From Eledone cirrhosa (taxonomy: Eukaryota), in the NCBI GenBank assembly GCA_964016885.1, contig OZ024745.1, forward strand, positions 58,404,001 to 58,468,000: a DNA stretch of 64,000 bases, written 5' to 3'. The first letter of the stretch is position 1, and each line of letters starts with the position of its first letter. Below, in pieces: positions 40,771 through 53,111 of the stretch. The notes under the pieces are model-generated. The model was not told the DNA's origin. It made no database searches and saw only the letters and a program-made list of their open reading frames with translations. Both the position numbers and the translations under genes were made by a program.

Positions 40771-41321
40771 AATAGCATGTTGGGCTGTGTTTCCTCATGC
40801 AACCATATTACAAACGTACCTTTTATTTTTTCCAAATATTGATTCCTTGGTTTTCCAATCACTCATGTGGTCAAGTTAGCTACATGTGCTTGACATTTAC
40901 CGGTTACCAATTGCCTCAACACTTGCAAATTTACATCCACTATGATGCTTTATATGGCACCTTAGATGAACGTTGAGCACTTGGTGGTCATGAAGAATAA
41001 TAAATTTTATGAATAATTCAAGTCTATGCATGAGTGCGCATGCATGGAAATCATAGTTCCTTATATATTAACATATAATAATTAAATTATAATAATTTTT
41101 TCTACTTTTGGCACAAGGCCAGCAATAACCCAGTACATTACTGATACTTTATTTTATCGACCCCGTAAGGATGAAAGGCAAAGTTGATGCAAGTATTGCC
41201 TTCAAGAAAAACGGGTGTTTTAGTGAATCAACATTGAACGAGGTAAAACAAAAAGGTCATATTATATATATATATATACAATTATATATATATATATATA
41301 TACAATTATATATATATATAT

Positions 41322-41382
41322 ACATATTGTCTGATCTATAGCAGTTATATAACTATATATAGCTAAAACTAAAAGGGTAATA

Positions 41383-41432
<50 letters not shown>

Positions 41433-41493
41433 TATTACCCTTTTAGTTTTAGCTATATACAGTTATATAACTGCTATAGATCAGACAATATGT
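41322..41493. repeat. Inverted repeat (arms about 65 bp) centred on a (TA)n tract
   Basis: acatattgtctgatctatagcag...agggtaatactg-(TA)n-cagtattaccct...ctgctatagatcagacaatatgt. Confidence 0.85.
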
Positions 41494-42147
41494 CAATATG
41501 ATCAACCTTCCGAAACGATCGTAAAACAATGATATGAATAGGTAAAATAAGTTGACTCTGTAGTTATTATTTTCACTAGCAGAAAAACCACCCTTCGGGT
41601 GGTTTTCTGCTAGCAAGTGTGGTGTGTATATTGATATTATACGCAAGTATATATACATGTAGATATGATACATCAAATAAAATCGTAATTGACAATATAT
41701 CTATATATATAAAACTGATGTTGTCTGTGTGTGTGTCCTCATTTTTTCAAAGTCTATACAAATCCACATTTCTACTTCGATTGACTTCAAACTTGCATTT
41801 ATATATTCCTTCCGGTCTAAAGATATTAACTCAGCTTTTATTTTTCAATTTTCTGTTGTTAAAGGGGTGTTAGGCGCCGGTTATCCATCTCCGTCACGCT
41901 CTTATAATATCTGTCTGTATGCCTGGCTGTCTGCATTACGACATTCTGACGAACATTGATGACGTATTGTGTTCGTTGCCAGAGAACGTCTTCACGAACC
42001 AAAGTATCGTCTTCCTGTTTTCCTTCGGTTGCAACGTTTTTCGAAATATTTACTTCTGCGTTCACAGATTGATGTTTTTAGTTTCAGAAGATCTCGTTAA
42101 GGATGAAAGCAACGATTCTTTGCTTAAACTTTAATCTATTATTTTAA

Positions 42148-42783
42148 TCTATATATGTATATATATAAAACTGAGGAAGGATGTATGTGTGTGTGTGTGC
42201 GTGTGTGAAACCCAAGAAGTACCCAACCGATCTTTTTCAAACTTTACATGTGTATTACTTATATTTCAGGGAGTGTTATGTGCATAAAAAAATTCAACTT
42301 TTCTATCCCCTTGGGCCCGCATTAGGTGGAAAAACTGCGTTTTTCAGCTTTTTATGCGTTTTTTGAGGCGTTACGTCAGACCGATTTCCTTGAAATTGTA
42401 ACTATGTATTAGTCAGTCTCTTCTTCATACCATGAGCAAAGAAAATCCAAATTGTTTATGGCCTAGGGCCCGCATTAGGTGAAAAACTTCATTTTTTCAG
42501 CTTTTAGGGCTTTTTTGAGGCGTTACGTCTAGCCGATTTTCCCGAAATTTCAAGGCATATTATGCACATTAAAAAAATTCATTTTCTTGATCCCCTAGGA
42601 TTAGGTGAAAACCTGCATTTTTTCCTGCTTCATCGAGGAAAGTCTTAGATTATCCAGCCATCAGAGTATTCGGTTTATTTTCTTTACATATTGTCCAGGC
42701 ATGCACATTTTCCACGACTAGGTCTGTTGGTGGCCCGCGTTCCAAAATACCTTATCCCGTGCAACGCCGGGTACCACTGCTAG
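42148..42783 (+). mobile_element. Non-autonomous Helitron
   Basis: 5' a|TCTATATATG...; 3' hairpin CCCGTGCAACGCCGGG then CTAG|t; inserted between A and T with no TSD; internal imperfect repeats. A second Helitron-like 5' end lies at about 41700. Confidence 0.75.
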
Positions 42784-42877
42784 TACATTATATAGTTACT
42801 GAAGGCTGGAAAATGTATCTTTGATTATTATTGACAAATAGCTGTACTGTTTTATTTTATAATGCCAAATGAACTAA

Positions 42878-43195
42878 ACTGGCACTCCGTCGATTGCAAC
42901 GACGGGTATTCCAGTTGATGCGATCAACGGATCATCCTGCTCGTGAAATTAATGTACAAGTGGCTGAGCATTCCACATACACATGTACAGTTAAGGTAGT
43001 TGTCTGGGAGACGCAGCATGACACAGAATGTGACAAGACTGGCCCTTGGAATTACTGGTGCAACTCATTTTTGCCAGCTGAGTAGACTAGAGCAACATGT
43101 AATAATGTGTCATGCTCAAAGACACAAGGTGGCACCGGGAATCGAACTCACATCCTTACAATCGTGAGCCGAATACCCTAACCACTAAGCCACGC
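42878..43195 (-). mobile_element. SINE family S2 (variant tail)
   Basis: The reverse complement reads gcgtggcttagtggttagggtattcggctcacgattgtaaggatgtgagttcgattcccgg...ctttgagcatgacac...actcagctggcaaaaatgag. Confidence 0.75.
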
Positions 43196-45124
43196 ACAGT
43201 CATTTAATAATGCCGTATACAGTATTTAGTAGTGACAAAATTAATGTTGAATTTACGAAGAAACTCCAGAAGTGTATCTTTTTTGAAATAAGAGAGCTTC
43301 AATATGAAAGATATTTGTATATGTGATACTTCTCTGTACGCTGCTATAATTCGTCGACATTTTCAGTTACCAGAATAAATGAACCATTGTTAAATTGTTT
43401 GTCCGGTTTCTTGATCCGCAAAAATTCTCGCAACCAAATCTCCCCTAAATCATGCATAACTAACTACCTGAAAATGCACACGCTATATAATTGTTTCTAC
43501 GTTTGGCAAAAGGCCAGCAATTTTTTTTTTTTGGGGGGGGGGGGGGGTCGACCCAGTGCGTGACTGGTACTGTATTTTATCGACCCCGTAAGGATGAAAG
43601 GCAAAGCTAATCTCGGTGGGATTTGAACTCACAACGTAAAAGGCCATAACTCTATGCCGCAAAGCATAGAGTCCGACGCTTTACCGATTCTCCCACTCAA
43701 TGCAGACCAGGTATACTATCTGAAAAGATAGGTGGTCATGGCTGAAATACTTTTGGCTATGAAAAGGGTTGGCTTGAAGATAAAACAACAACAGCTGGAA
43801 GCTACAAGAAAGTTTCGATGAATGAGGAAGGCTTTATATGGTTGGTCAAGCAACTAGAATTCTAGCAATCAAATTTCTCACAAGAGATGCATTAAAACAC
43901 TATAAGTAAAAACAGAAATTATCTTGGACTTTACAACAACGAACAATGAAGGGTACATTGACTAACACAAACCTAGAAAACTGTGCCTGAAAAACAAAAA
44001 ACGAAGTGAACTTGGCTAGACTAAGGCTGACATGAGGCTAAACAGCAAACATGCTTCACATTCAAGAAAAACTGCGCCCAAATAATTATTACAAGGCCAT
44101 ACATTTTTTTTTTTTTTTTCAGAAACAGTGTATTATGAAAATGTTCTTTCCAAAGAACCCTTTCATTTTTAAAAATAGTCGGATGTGATATGAATTAAAT
44201 TCGTCTGAAACTTCCAAAAAGTGGAACAAATACATAGAGGCATTCTCATTGGTGTAACATAAAAATTAGGTCTTCATTGTTTGTGTCATGATGCATTGTT
44301 ACAAGACATATATTGATTTCTACATTATATTTCTCACATTGTTCTTACGACAAGAAGGGCTTATAGTCGACTCAATCCTCAACATATCAGTAATTGTTTT
44401 GTCACTCTACCAGAAGTTGAACTCTGACAGTGACAGAAAATTTGTAGAAAAGCGTAACTGATTAAATCAACACTGTTACGTAACTGGTACATATACTGGT
44501 TTCTAATTTGAGCAAAAGGCAAGGAAATTTTTTTAGAGGGTGATTAAATTCACTTCAATACTTCACTGATACTATATCGACCCCAAAAGAATGAAAGGTA
44601 AAGTTGGTCTCTGCATAACTCTGAACATAAACAGCCAGTACAATTACCGTACATCATTTGTCTGGCAGTTTAAAGATTGTACCCTTACATATGATACATA
44701 TTATGTTGACACGAGAATGATGAAGGCAAATAACGATCCTTCTACGATGTGGAATCAGAATGTAAAAGTATCAAACTAATCACCAGACGTCTTTTTGTCT
44801 GACATTCTCGGAGTTCTGAAACAACATAATCGTTAATGTTAAAAACAATGAAATGATTAATGCATTCCTGCAGATGTAATATTATATAATGTAGAAAGAA
44901 AGTAACAGTTAGTATGTAACATATAAATAACCAAGTTGCGATGTAAGATTTCTTAATGACCAAAATAATGCAAAAAGTGAGCAAATATTATCTGTACACT
45001 TGATTCAAAACAAAAAATGCTGGTGTCCATATAAACTAACTGTATATTCCAATCCACTTTAATGTGTTTATGTGTATGTAGGTGTGGATACACGCACACA
45101 CATATATATATATAAATAATATTT

Positions 45125-45402
45125 AATATAGAAATGGCTTCTACAGAACTAGATTTGTTTCATTCAAAGGGCTTTCCTGATGATTTCCTTCGAATGAAAC
45201 AGCTCTAGTCCTGTAGAAGCCATTTCTATATTAGATATTCTATATACTCTATGTATTGAGTACCTTACTTACTGTTACTCCCGATTGAACCCAGGATACA
45301 CACACACACACATATATATACATATATATATATATACTGATTTTTATATTAGAAATGACGTCTGTATGACTAAAACTGTTTCATTCATATGAAATCATCA
45401 GT
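45125..45402. mobile_element. Family H4 fold-back insert plus a second copy, with hammerhead-like motifs at 45178-45220 (+) and 45360-45402 (-)
   Basis: 45126-45166 pairs with 45192-45232. CTGATGA-T-TTC-cttc-GAA-T-GAAA-CAG-ctctagtc-CTG-TA. Confidence 0.65.
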
Positions 45403-47864
45403 AAAATGGCAACAGATAGAGTGAGAAATGGACAAAAGTACAGGAGCCAACAGATTATGGAGAAGATGGGTACAAAGGTGACACAAATGTGGTAACATGA
45501 ATGAGGAATGTTCATTTTACTTCTTAGTATCATCTATGTACCAATCTATCATACTGCTGTCAATTTTTATGGAATGTCCCTCAGCTGTGGTTGTGGCAGA
45601 TCTTCCCTCCCCCAGATATTCCCTTCGTTCATCAGTCTCTCATAATAGGACTCCTATTGCTCTTTCTTTTCAGCATCTACCAGTGCAAGTGCTCTACTAT
45701 CATTTTGAACACATTTTTCCTCAACATTTCGAGTCCTAAAATCTAGAACACTTCACATATCTGGTCTTCCTGTCATAGAATATGTGCAAACTTCTGGTGT
45801 GCTTCTCCCCTTGCTACATATTCATGGTGCCTTGCCTCTCTTGTTATTTGACATTGCACTGTTCCTCACTTTGAATGTATGGCTCTATCTATCCAATCAT
45901 ATCTGTCTTGCTGGGAACTTGATCCAGCCACTGGTCTAAGTCTGGACATAGTTTATGGCTTTCAGCAAGTTTTCTCATAGTAATTTCCAGTTTTCCTCTA
46001 TGCTATAAGCCTTCATCTACTCTTCTTTACTGTCATAAGCATCAAATATAATTTCTCGGGATTTGTTGCCAGCTGATGGTTCTTTCAGCTTCCATGCCTT
46101 CCTTCTCCAGACTAGTTTTGATCTTTTAATCCATCTAGCCTGTCCATTTCTACACATCCACAGGGAACAAATACATTTATTGTCTATATAATCTCAATTG
46201 ATAGAGGTTTTTTTTCCACTCACTATATTACATATGAAACCCTGTCATATTTGTTTTTACTATGTAGAACTCTTCAGAGATATTTACCCTCAGCCTTATT
46301 GTTGATATTATTTTATTCATTTACTGCTTTCAGTCATTAGACTGGTTATACTAGGATAAAACTATAAGAGTATTTAGTCAATCATATCGACCCAAATACT
46401 TGGTTTTTCAAGTCTAGTACTGATTTTGTTAATCTCTTTTGTCAAATCACAGACACAAACAAATAAAAATACAAATTTACGCTGCCTCATATATGTGTGT
46501 GTGCGTGTATGTCGTAAAGGGATCAGTAACTTTGGGTTTGGTTGTATCCATAGGCTACAAGAAGCAAGAGGGAGGAGAAAAGCCTTATCAAACATCAGTC
46601 AGTTAGTTTAGTAGCCAGATAGTTTAATTGTTGATTGTCATCAAAGCTCTTTCATCACACATTCTGTGACCTTCTCAGTGATTACTTTTGTTATTATTTT
46701 GTGTCTTTCCTTTGTTCTGTCATCATGGATAACAAGATGGTGTAAGACAGAATATGTTTCAATACATGTTTTCAGATAAAAAAAAATCTTGCAAAACAAA
46801 TACAAAAATGATATATATAATAAATATTGATGATAGGAGAGGCATCTAGCCATAGAAGGCTTGACAAACAAAGGGTTGGGAGGACCCTTCAGTTGTGTAA
46901 TAGGCATAACAACTCTTATATGCTCGGTAGAACATGAGGCAATATATAAACGAGATGCAGACCCCTTGCCTTGTCAGTAATCTCGATTCAGTACTGACTT
47001 TGTCCTTCATGTATGTAGACCTGTCCAACCCTTGCTGCAAACATTAAACGATGATGATGATATATAAATATGATGAGCTTCTGCAATTTCTGACTACCCA
47101 ATTTCACTCACCAAGCATTGGTCAACTCAAGGTAATAGTAGATGACACTAGCTTAAGTTGACACAAATTTCCCTGCTCTCTCTCAGTATATATATATATA
47201 TATATAAGAAGACACTACAGTTGACCAGGGATGTGATAACATCTCTTGCTCTTGTGTGCCATGACAAAATACACCCAGTACACTTTGTAAAGCAGTAGAG
47301 CTTGTGCCATGAAAAACGCAACCAATACACTCTGTAAAATGGTTGGTGTTCGGAAAGTCATTCAAACATAGAAATCATACCAAATATGGCACAAATGAGG
47401 AAGATGAAGTCACTTTAATTCATGTGGTCTTGGATCATGACAACCAGTCCAACACATGCCAGCATAGTAAGCAGACATAAAATGATGTTCATGTTGATGC
47501 TATATTGACATCTAATCTTCCCAATTGAATTGATTTTAACTGTTAGCTTTAAATCTTTCTTTGCTATATTTCTAATGAAAGACGTCATGTTTAATAATTT
47601 TTTAATTAATCAAGAATTTAGAGGGATTTACTAATAGAACTTTCTCATAATTAAGCTCGTATTTGAAATATAACAAAGGTTCTTTTTAATAAATATTAAT
47701 ACTCTTAAACGAATAGTTATATATCATAGAACCTGGGTTGTTTCAGGCGATTTAGTATCAAAAGGTTTAAAGACATTTAGATCTACTTCAATCTGTATTG
47801 TCTGTATTGTCCAAAAATGTAAATCAACTAATCTTGCTGGAGTTATCTGGATCGTTTTACGATG

Positions 47865-48160
47865 ACTAACACCAACCTCATTTACAGTGAGTGCTGGGTG
47901 CTTTTTTCCGTGGTGCCTACACGTCCACTTTACAGTGAGTGCTGGGTGCTTTTTTGCCGTGGCACCTCTACGACCACTTTGCAGTGTAATGATAGGGACC
48001 CCAGTCCCTATCATCTCATTTCTACAACTGAGTAAACTGGAGCAATGTGAAATAAAGTGTCTTGCTCAAGGAAACAACACATCACCCGGTCTGAGAATTG
48101 AACTCACAACGTTTTGATTGCAAGGCCAATGCTCTAACCACTAAGCCATGTGCCTCCATT
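47865..48160 (-). mobile_element. SINE family S2
   Basis: Close reverse complement of 52652-52935, including the internal duplication of about 50 bp. Confidence 0.8.
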
Positions 48161-48706
48161 GTTAAGCCATGTGCCTCCTTTATTATAGAGTATATATATA
48201 TATATATACATATACTGCATTTATAACAACCATAGGTGAGAAAATATAAGAATGGGAATAGTAGAATGGAAAGTGTTGTGTGTGTTGTGTGTCTATCTAT
48301 GCATGTGTGTGTGTGTGTGTAAGCATGATTGTATCTGTGTGTGTCGATCTGTATATGCGTCAATAAAAAAATTAAGAATATATAACACATTACCATAATG
48401 TAGTGAGAGATTAATAATTAATAACACCATTTACAAACTGCAATTTTTTAAAGAGAATTTATTTATTTATCTCATATTCATTTTGGATGATTTCGGTTTT
48501 TTGGGGGGGTTTTTTTAAACCACTTACCTATCAACACACTGCTTTTCCATCAGTGATAATCTGATGAATCCTGCAGTCAGTCTCAAGGGGGAATAAGATT
48601 TGTATAGTTTGAATAGCAATCACTTTAAATTTGTTCATTAAGTATGTACAAGGTTTCGTTTAAATAACTTAAATGGTTTGCATTCATTGAAAGATTACAC
48701 CCCAGT

Positions 48707-48833
48707 TCACTCAGCTTTCGTTTTCTCACTTATCTTGCCACTCCACTTACGCTTCATCCACCTTATGGCATGGAATGTTGAAATAATGACGGGTATACTG
48801 ACAGGCAGAAACAGTGGAATGTAAATGGCAAAT
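48707..48833 (-). CDS. PIGS: PIG-S terminal coding exon ([41 protein letters not shown])
   Basis: Acceptor ttttttttgcttcag. Encodes the [11 protein letters not shown] C-terminal transmembrane motif of PIG-S followed by a basic cytosolic tail; TGA at 48707-48709. Candidate AATAAA on the minus strand near 48458-48463. Confidence 0.92.
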
Positions 48834-49570
48834 CTGAAGCAAAAAAAATAATAATATATTTAAAGAAAGAAGATAAAAGCAAAAATCTAACATGGAAAAC
48901 AAAAAACGATCAGACACGAGAGAAGGAATATAACTCATGTCTTTACAACTTTTATCATATTTAAAGAATTTATGTACATAGAGCAGGGAAGCTTGTACTT
49001 GATCTAGTTAAATATGTAAAGATCCAGCATACTGGGTGAAAGGTCAAAGTTTCATAGCACAACTCCAACAGAGAGTTAAGTTGTTTAGCAATCCAGCCCT
49101 GGCCATCCCATCTTTTTACGGGGGCATCTAAAACTACACTCTATAATATGTCTTTCACTTTTTTAAAGATGGTTAGGTGTGAGTTGAAGGCCATTTGGCT
49201 CCTATTTCTAGCAAGCTTTGTGATTACAAAAAGACACTCATTTCCAATGGCCAAGTCTACCTATGTACAGTTCATCACTTTGTGAAACAGGAGTACTAAT
49301 AATATAACAATAGTTTCCATTAGCTAGCAATTTTGAGCTGAAATTTCAGTAAGTTCTATTTTAGTAGAAGCCTCTCACAATTTGAATACTAGGAAGAAAA
49401 CCCCACAGTTTATGTAGAGAAAATAAAAACAGTTTGATCCATTATCACATGTGCAATATCAGCTTGCACAGTTACAAGTTAATAATTAAAGTAGCTGGGC
49501 ATTAAAAGTTGTTATGGTTGTTGATTTTTAGCCCATGTTCAATCCTGAACCAGTAGACCTGTGAAATAAC

Positions 49571-49746
49571 TGTTTCTACTTTAGGCACAAGGCCAGCAAT
49601 TACCCAGTACATTACTGGTACTTTATTTTATCGACCCCGTAAGGATGAAAGGCAAAGTCAACCTCGGCGGGATTTGAACTCAGATCGTAAAGGGACGTAA
49701 CTATGCTGGAAAGCATGGCGTCCGACCCTCTACCGATACTGCCAAT
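49571..49746 (-). mobile_element. SINE family S1 with TSD ctgtgaaataac, inside a PIGS intron
   Basis: Full consensus; TSD at 49559-49570 and 49747-49758. Truncated copies also at 39649-39715 (TSD ttatatacttaagcgtta) and 41096-41185. Confidence 0.9.
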
Positions 49747-50271
49747 CTGTGAAATAACACATTTCAGTTATGAACCACCTATTCTTATATAATAAATCTT
49801 GCTCAAATAGACAGAAGGGTGTGAATTTTAAGAAGTTTGTTTTTTCTGTTCAGTCAAGGTTGGAAAGGCCCTCCAAAACTTGTGGTATAGAAGTGAAGAA
49901 GGTAAACTCAAACAAAAAACTAGGCCTGAATACTTGCATCATAGTGCATTCAAGGAGAATCCTCCAAGGACCATCTGGTAGTTTAGCAGGTCAAACAATA
50001 GCAGAGATGTTCCTTAGATGATATTTACAGGAAAAATAGCAACACTACCAGCATCTACACAACCACAACTACACTGTGGTGATTATAACATAGAACTTCC
50101 ACAAGAGCAACCACAACAATAATGTAAAATAACATCTAACAAAGTGTGGTAATGGAAAGTACTATAATATATTATTAAACTGCATAGAAACAACCATTAT
50201 GTAAGTAGTAAGATGTAGTTGAGTGAGTAATAATCGTAATCATGCAAAATTTCAAGAATGGCCAAACTTAC

Positions 50272-50329
50272 TTTTGATCTTCAGGGAAGTATAGTAATTC
50301 CAAGAGTGATTGGTCAAAGAAGGCTTTCT
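50272..50329 (-). CDS. PIGS: PIG-S penultimate coding exon ([20 protein letters not shown])
   Basis: Minus-strand attccag|AG...CAAAA|gtaagt, 58 nt. Encodes the conserved PIG-S signature AFFD.SLL.LLYFP.DQK. Phases fit both neighbouring exons. Confidence 0.92.
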
Positions 50330-50421
50330 CTGGAATAGGTATATAATACAATAATTTATAAGAGAACATCATACATATATCATCATCGTTTTCATCATCA
50401 TATATATATATATATATATAT

Positions 50422-50871
50422 AAAATAAAGTAAAATAACAAGTCAAATGTTTAAAATTTAGCTTTGTTTATTACTGCTATATATATTTCGGTGACAGCCA
50501 TCTTTGGCTGTGACCTCTTCAGGCAGTCCGAATTAGTGTGGTATAGACAAGTACATATGTTGTTGAGGTGTATAATATTGTCAATACTCTGATATGCCCA
50601 GTTCTTGGTTGGGTTGTTATTTCATTGAGGAACTGGAATCATATCTGAATATGATTCCAGTTCCTCAATGAAATAACAACCCAACCAGGAACTGGGCATA
50701 TCAGAGTATTGACAAAATTATACACCTCAACAACATATGTACTTGTCTATACCACACTAATTCGGACTGCCTGAAGAGGTCACAGCCAAAGATGGCTGTC
50801 ACCGAAATATATATAGCAGTAATAAACGAAGCTAAATTTTAAACATTTGACTTGTTATTTTACTTTATTTT
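50422..50871. mobile_element. Family H5 palindromic insert (arms about 222 bp, 4-nt spacer near 50646) in a PIGS intron
   Basis: Arms are near-perfect reverse complements with only a few mismatches. The insert begins at a (TA)n tract. Confidence 0.9.
50766..50826 (+). ncRNA. Well-formed type-I hammerhead ribozyme; mirror copy at 50473-50527 on the - strand
   Basis: ACTGC-CTGAAGA-GGTcACAGCCA-aaga-TGGCTGTcACC-GAAA-TATATA-TA-GCAGT-AATAAA: 5-bp stem I, long stem II, palindromic stem III, AUA cleavage triplet. Confidence 0.82.
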
Positions 50872-50874
50872 TCA

Positions 50875-50905
50875 CTAGCATTAAAGCCCAGCGTTGCTCG
50901 GGGTC
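50875..50905 (-). mobile_element. Helitron-like 3' terminus
   Basis: Minus strand CCCGAGCAACGCTGGG hairpin then CTAG|t, similar to 42756-42783. The 5' end was not identified. Confidence 0.5.
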
Positions 50906-51160
50906 ATTAAGTTACCAAAGTTAGGTTGCACCACCCATTTTATGGCAGCACTTTTTTGTCTGCCAGGCACTGGGTGAATGAATTGCAGACCTGGAAGCAG
51001 GAGCTGCGCCAGCAGTGACAATTGTAGTTTCGCCTATGGATATTATCTCTGTGCAAAAAAGTGTTGAAATTTATTGTTTCACAGTACTTGCGCAACACGC
51101 GTGTAGACGATGCCAGCCGAACAACAGAGTTGCGATGGAGTTGTTCTGCATGGTTGTCTG

Positions 51161-51619
51161 TGTTTTCTAAATTTAAGACAGTAGGGAGGGTTGTGATATG
51201 AGGGAGAGTTAGCTGTTGTTTCTAGCAGGTTTAGTGACCTCATAGAGGATATGTGTTTTCTAAAATTAAGACAGTAGGGAGTGGTGTGATATGGGGGAGA
51301 GTTAGCTGCTGTTTCTAGCAGGTTTAGTGACCTCATAGAAGATATGTTTTCTAAATTTAAGACAGTAGGGAGGGGTGTGATATGGGGGAGAGTTAGCTGC
51401 TGTTTCTTGCAGGTTTAGTAACCTCATAGAGGATATGTGTTTTCTAAATTTAAGACAGTAGGGAGTGGTGTGATATGGGGCAGAGTTAGCTGCTGTTTCT
51501 AGCAGGTTTAGTGACTTCATAGAAGATATGTTTTCTAAATTTAAGACATTAGGGAGGGGTGTGGTATGGGGGATAGTTAGCTGCTGTTTCTAGCAGGTTT
51601 AGTGACCTCATAGAGGATA
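51161..51619. repeat. Tandem repeat of five units alternating 93 and 91 bp
   Basis: Units start at about 51161, 51254, 51345, 51438 and 51529 (tgttttctaaatttaagacagtaggga...gctgctgtttctagcaggtttagtgacctcatagag). Confidence 0.9.
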
Positions 51620-52651
51620 TTATTGTTTATCATTATCTATAAAAGGCAGATTGTTGTTGTTGTTGTTGAAGTGAGTGTGTGTTTGTATGCGTTTGGAAAA
51701 GAGGTTTTAAAAAAGATTTATCGCTTGTTGTTGAATAAATGTATCTGTTGCTTTTGAATAATTGTTGTTTCGTATGAAATGTAATAATTTGAAGTATAAA
51801 AGAGAAAGTAGCAAAATGTGTGGGTTGTAGATAGAGGGAAGCAGATGATATGACAGAGTAATACGGACAGTATCACCATCAAGCTTGGAAAGAGAAAGTA
51901 GCAGAAAGTATGAAGTTGTATAGATTTTGAATGGTAGTGGAAAGAGTTTAGCAGTTTAAATGACAGAGAAAAATCGTAAAATATTGAGTTTTATCTATTT
52001 TTTGCGTAATTGTGGGTGAAATTGAAAAAATTATCTGTGCCAAGACGCAATCGAAACTATTTCAAATACTGAATGGTAAATTTCAATTGAAGAAATTCTA
52101 TATCGTAGATTTCTATAAGAAAGGAGCATGACCACACACTGAGCTTTATAGATTATGATTACTCCGGAGTAACCAAACCAACCTGCGCACTTCGTCGAGT
52201 GCTCCAGCCTGCATACTGAGGTGTTGGTATACAACCAACATATACTCAATATATATATATATATATATATGGCAGAAACGAAAAAAGATTTCTTGAGAAA
52301 AAATAGATCTATTCATCACCGCTTTAAGGCCTTTTGAAAAAATATGATTATTCACTTTGCATGAATAACACACTATAATGCATGTGGTTTTTAATGTTTT
52401 TTTTTTAATCAAAAATATATAACATTAGAATTGATAAAGGAAATCATCAGAAATAATAATATAGTATATATTAGAGTTGCATTTTTATTCAATTGTTTCT
52501 CTCTCTCTCTAACTCCACTGACAGTCTCTACCTGGGTGCTGTATTGAATTATTATTCAACTTGAGTTACACGAATTTGCTTTACGTGCCACATTCACAAA
52601 TGCATCTTCGTGTAAAATGCAAACACACTGTATATGAAAATAATTTCTTAC

Positions 52652-53027
52652 ATGGCTTAGTGGTTAAAGCATTGGCCTTGCAATCGAAAGGTTGTGAGTT
52701 CAATTCTAGGACTGGGTGATGTGTTGTTTCCTTGAGCAAGACACTTTATTTCACATTGCTCCAGTTTACTCAGCTGTAGAAATGAGATGATAGGACTGGG
52801 GTCCCTATCATTCCACTGCAAAGTGGTCGTGGAGGTGCCACGGCAAAAAAGCACCCAGCCCACACTGTAAAGTGGACGTGGAGGTGCCACGGAAAAAAAG
52901 CACCCAGCCCACACTGTAAATGAGGTTGGTGTTAGGAAGGGCATCCAGCTGTAGAAATCAAGCCAGAATCAGTTCCCGCCCCACTCTTGCAAGCAGGGAA
53001 AAGTGGATGTAAAATGATGATGATGAT
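52652..53027 (+). mobile_element. SINE family S2, full length with a LINE-like (GAT)n tail
   Basis: A box TGGCTTAGTGG, B box GAGTTCAATTC, ccttgagcaagacac core, tail gatgtaaaatgatgatgatga. Confidence 0.82.
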
Positions 53028-53111
53028 AGGCTAGATAGATCAGATTTATGAGGAAATTATTCCTAAACACAACAGTACTGTTGAAATGGAAAAATCAAAA
53101 GAATACAATAC

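Noticed and set aside
45480-46200. Possible decayed LINE on the minus strand
   Set aside because: Only a vague compositional resemblance; no motif I could read with confidence.
48747-48938. Minus-strand 63-aa ORF from the track
   Set aside because: Wrong frame; the real coding frame is the PIGS terminal exon at 48707-48833.
51161-51619. Regularly spaced repeats as a CRISPR array
   Set aside because: Whole units are repeated with no unique spacers, the context is eukaryotic, and there are no cas genes.
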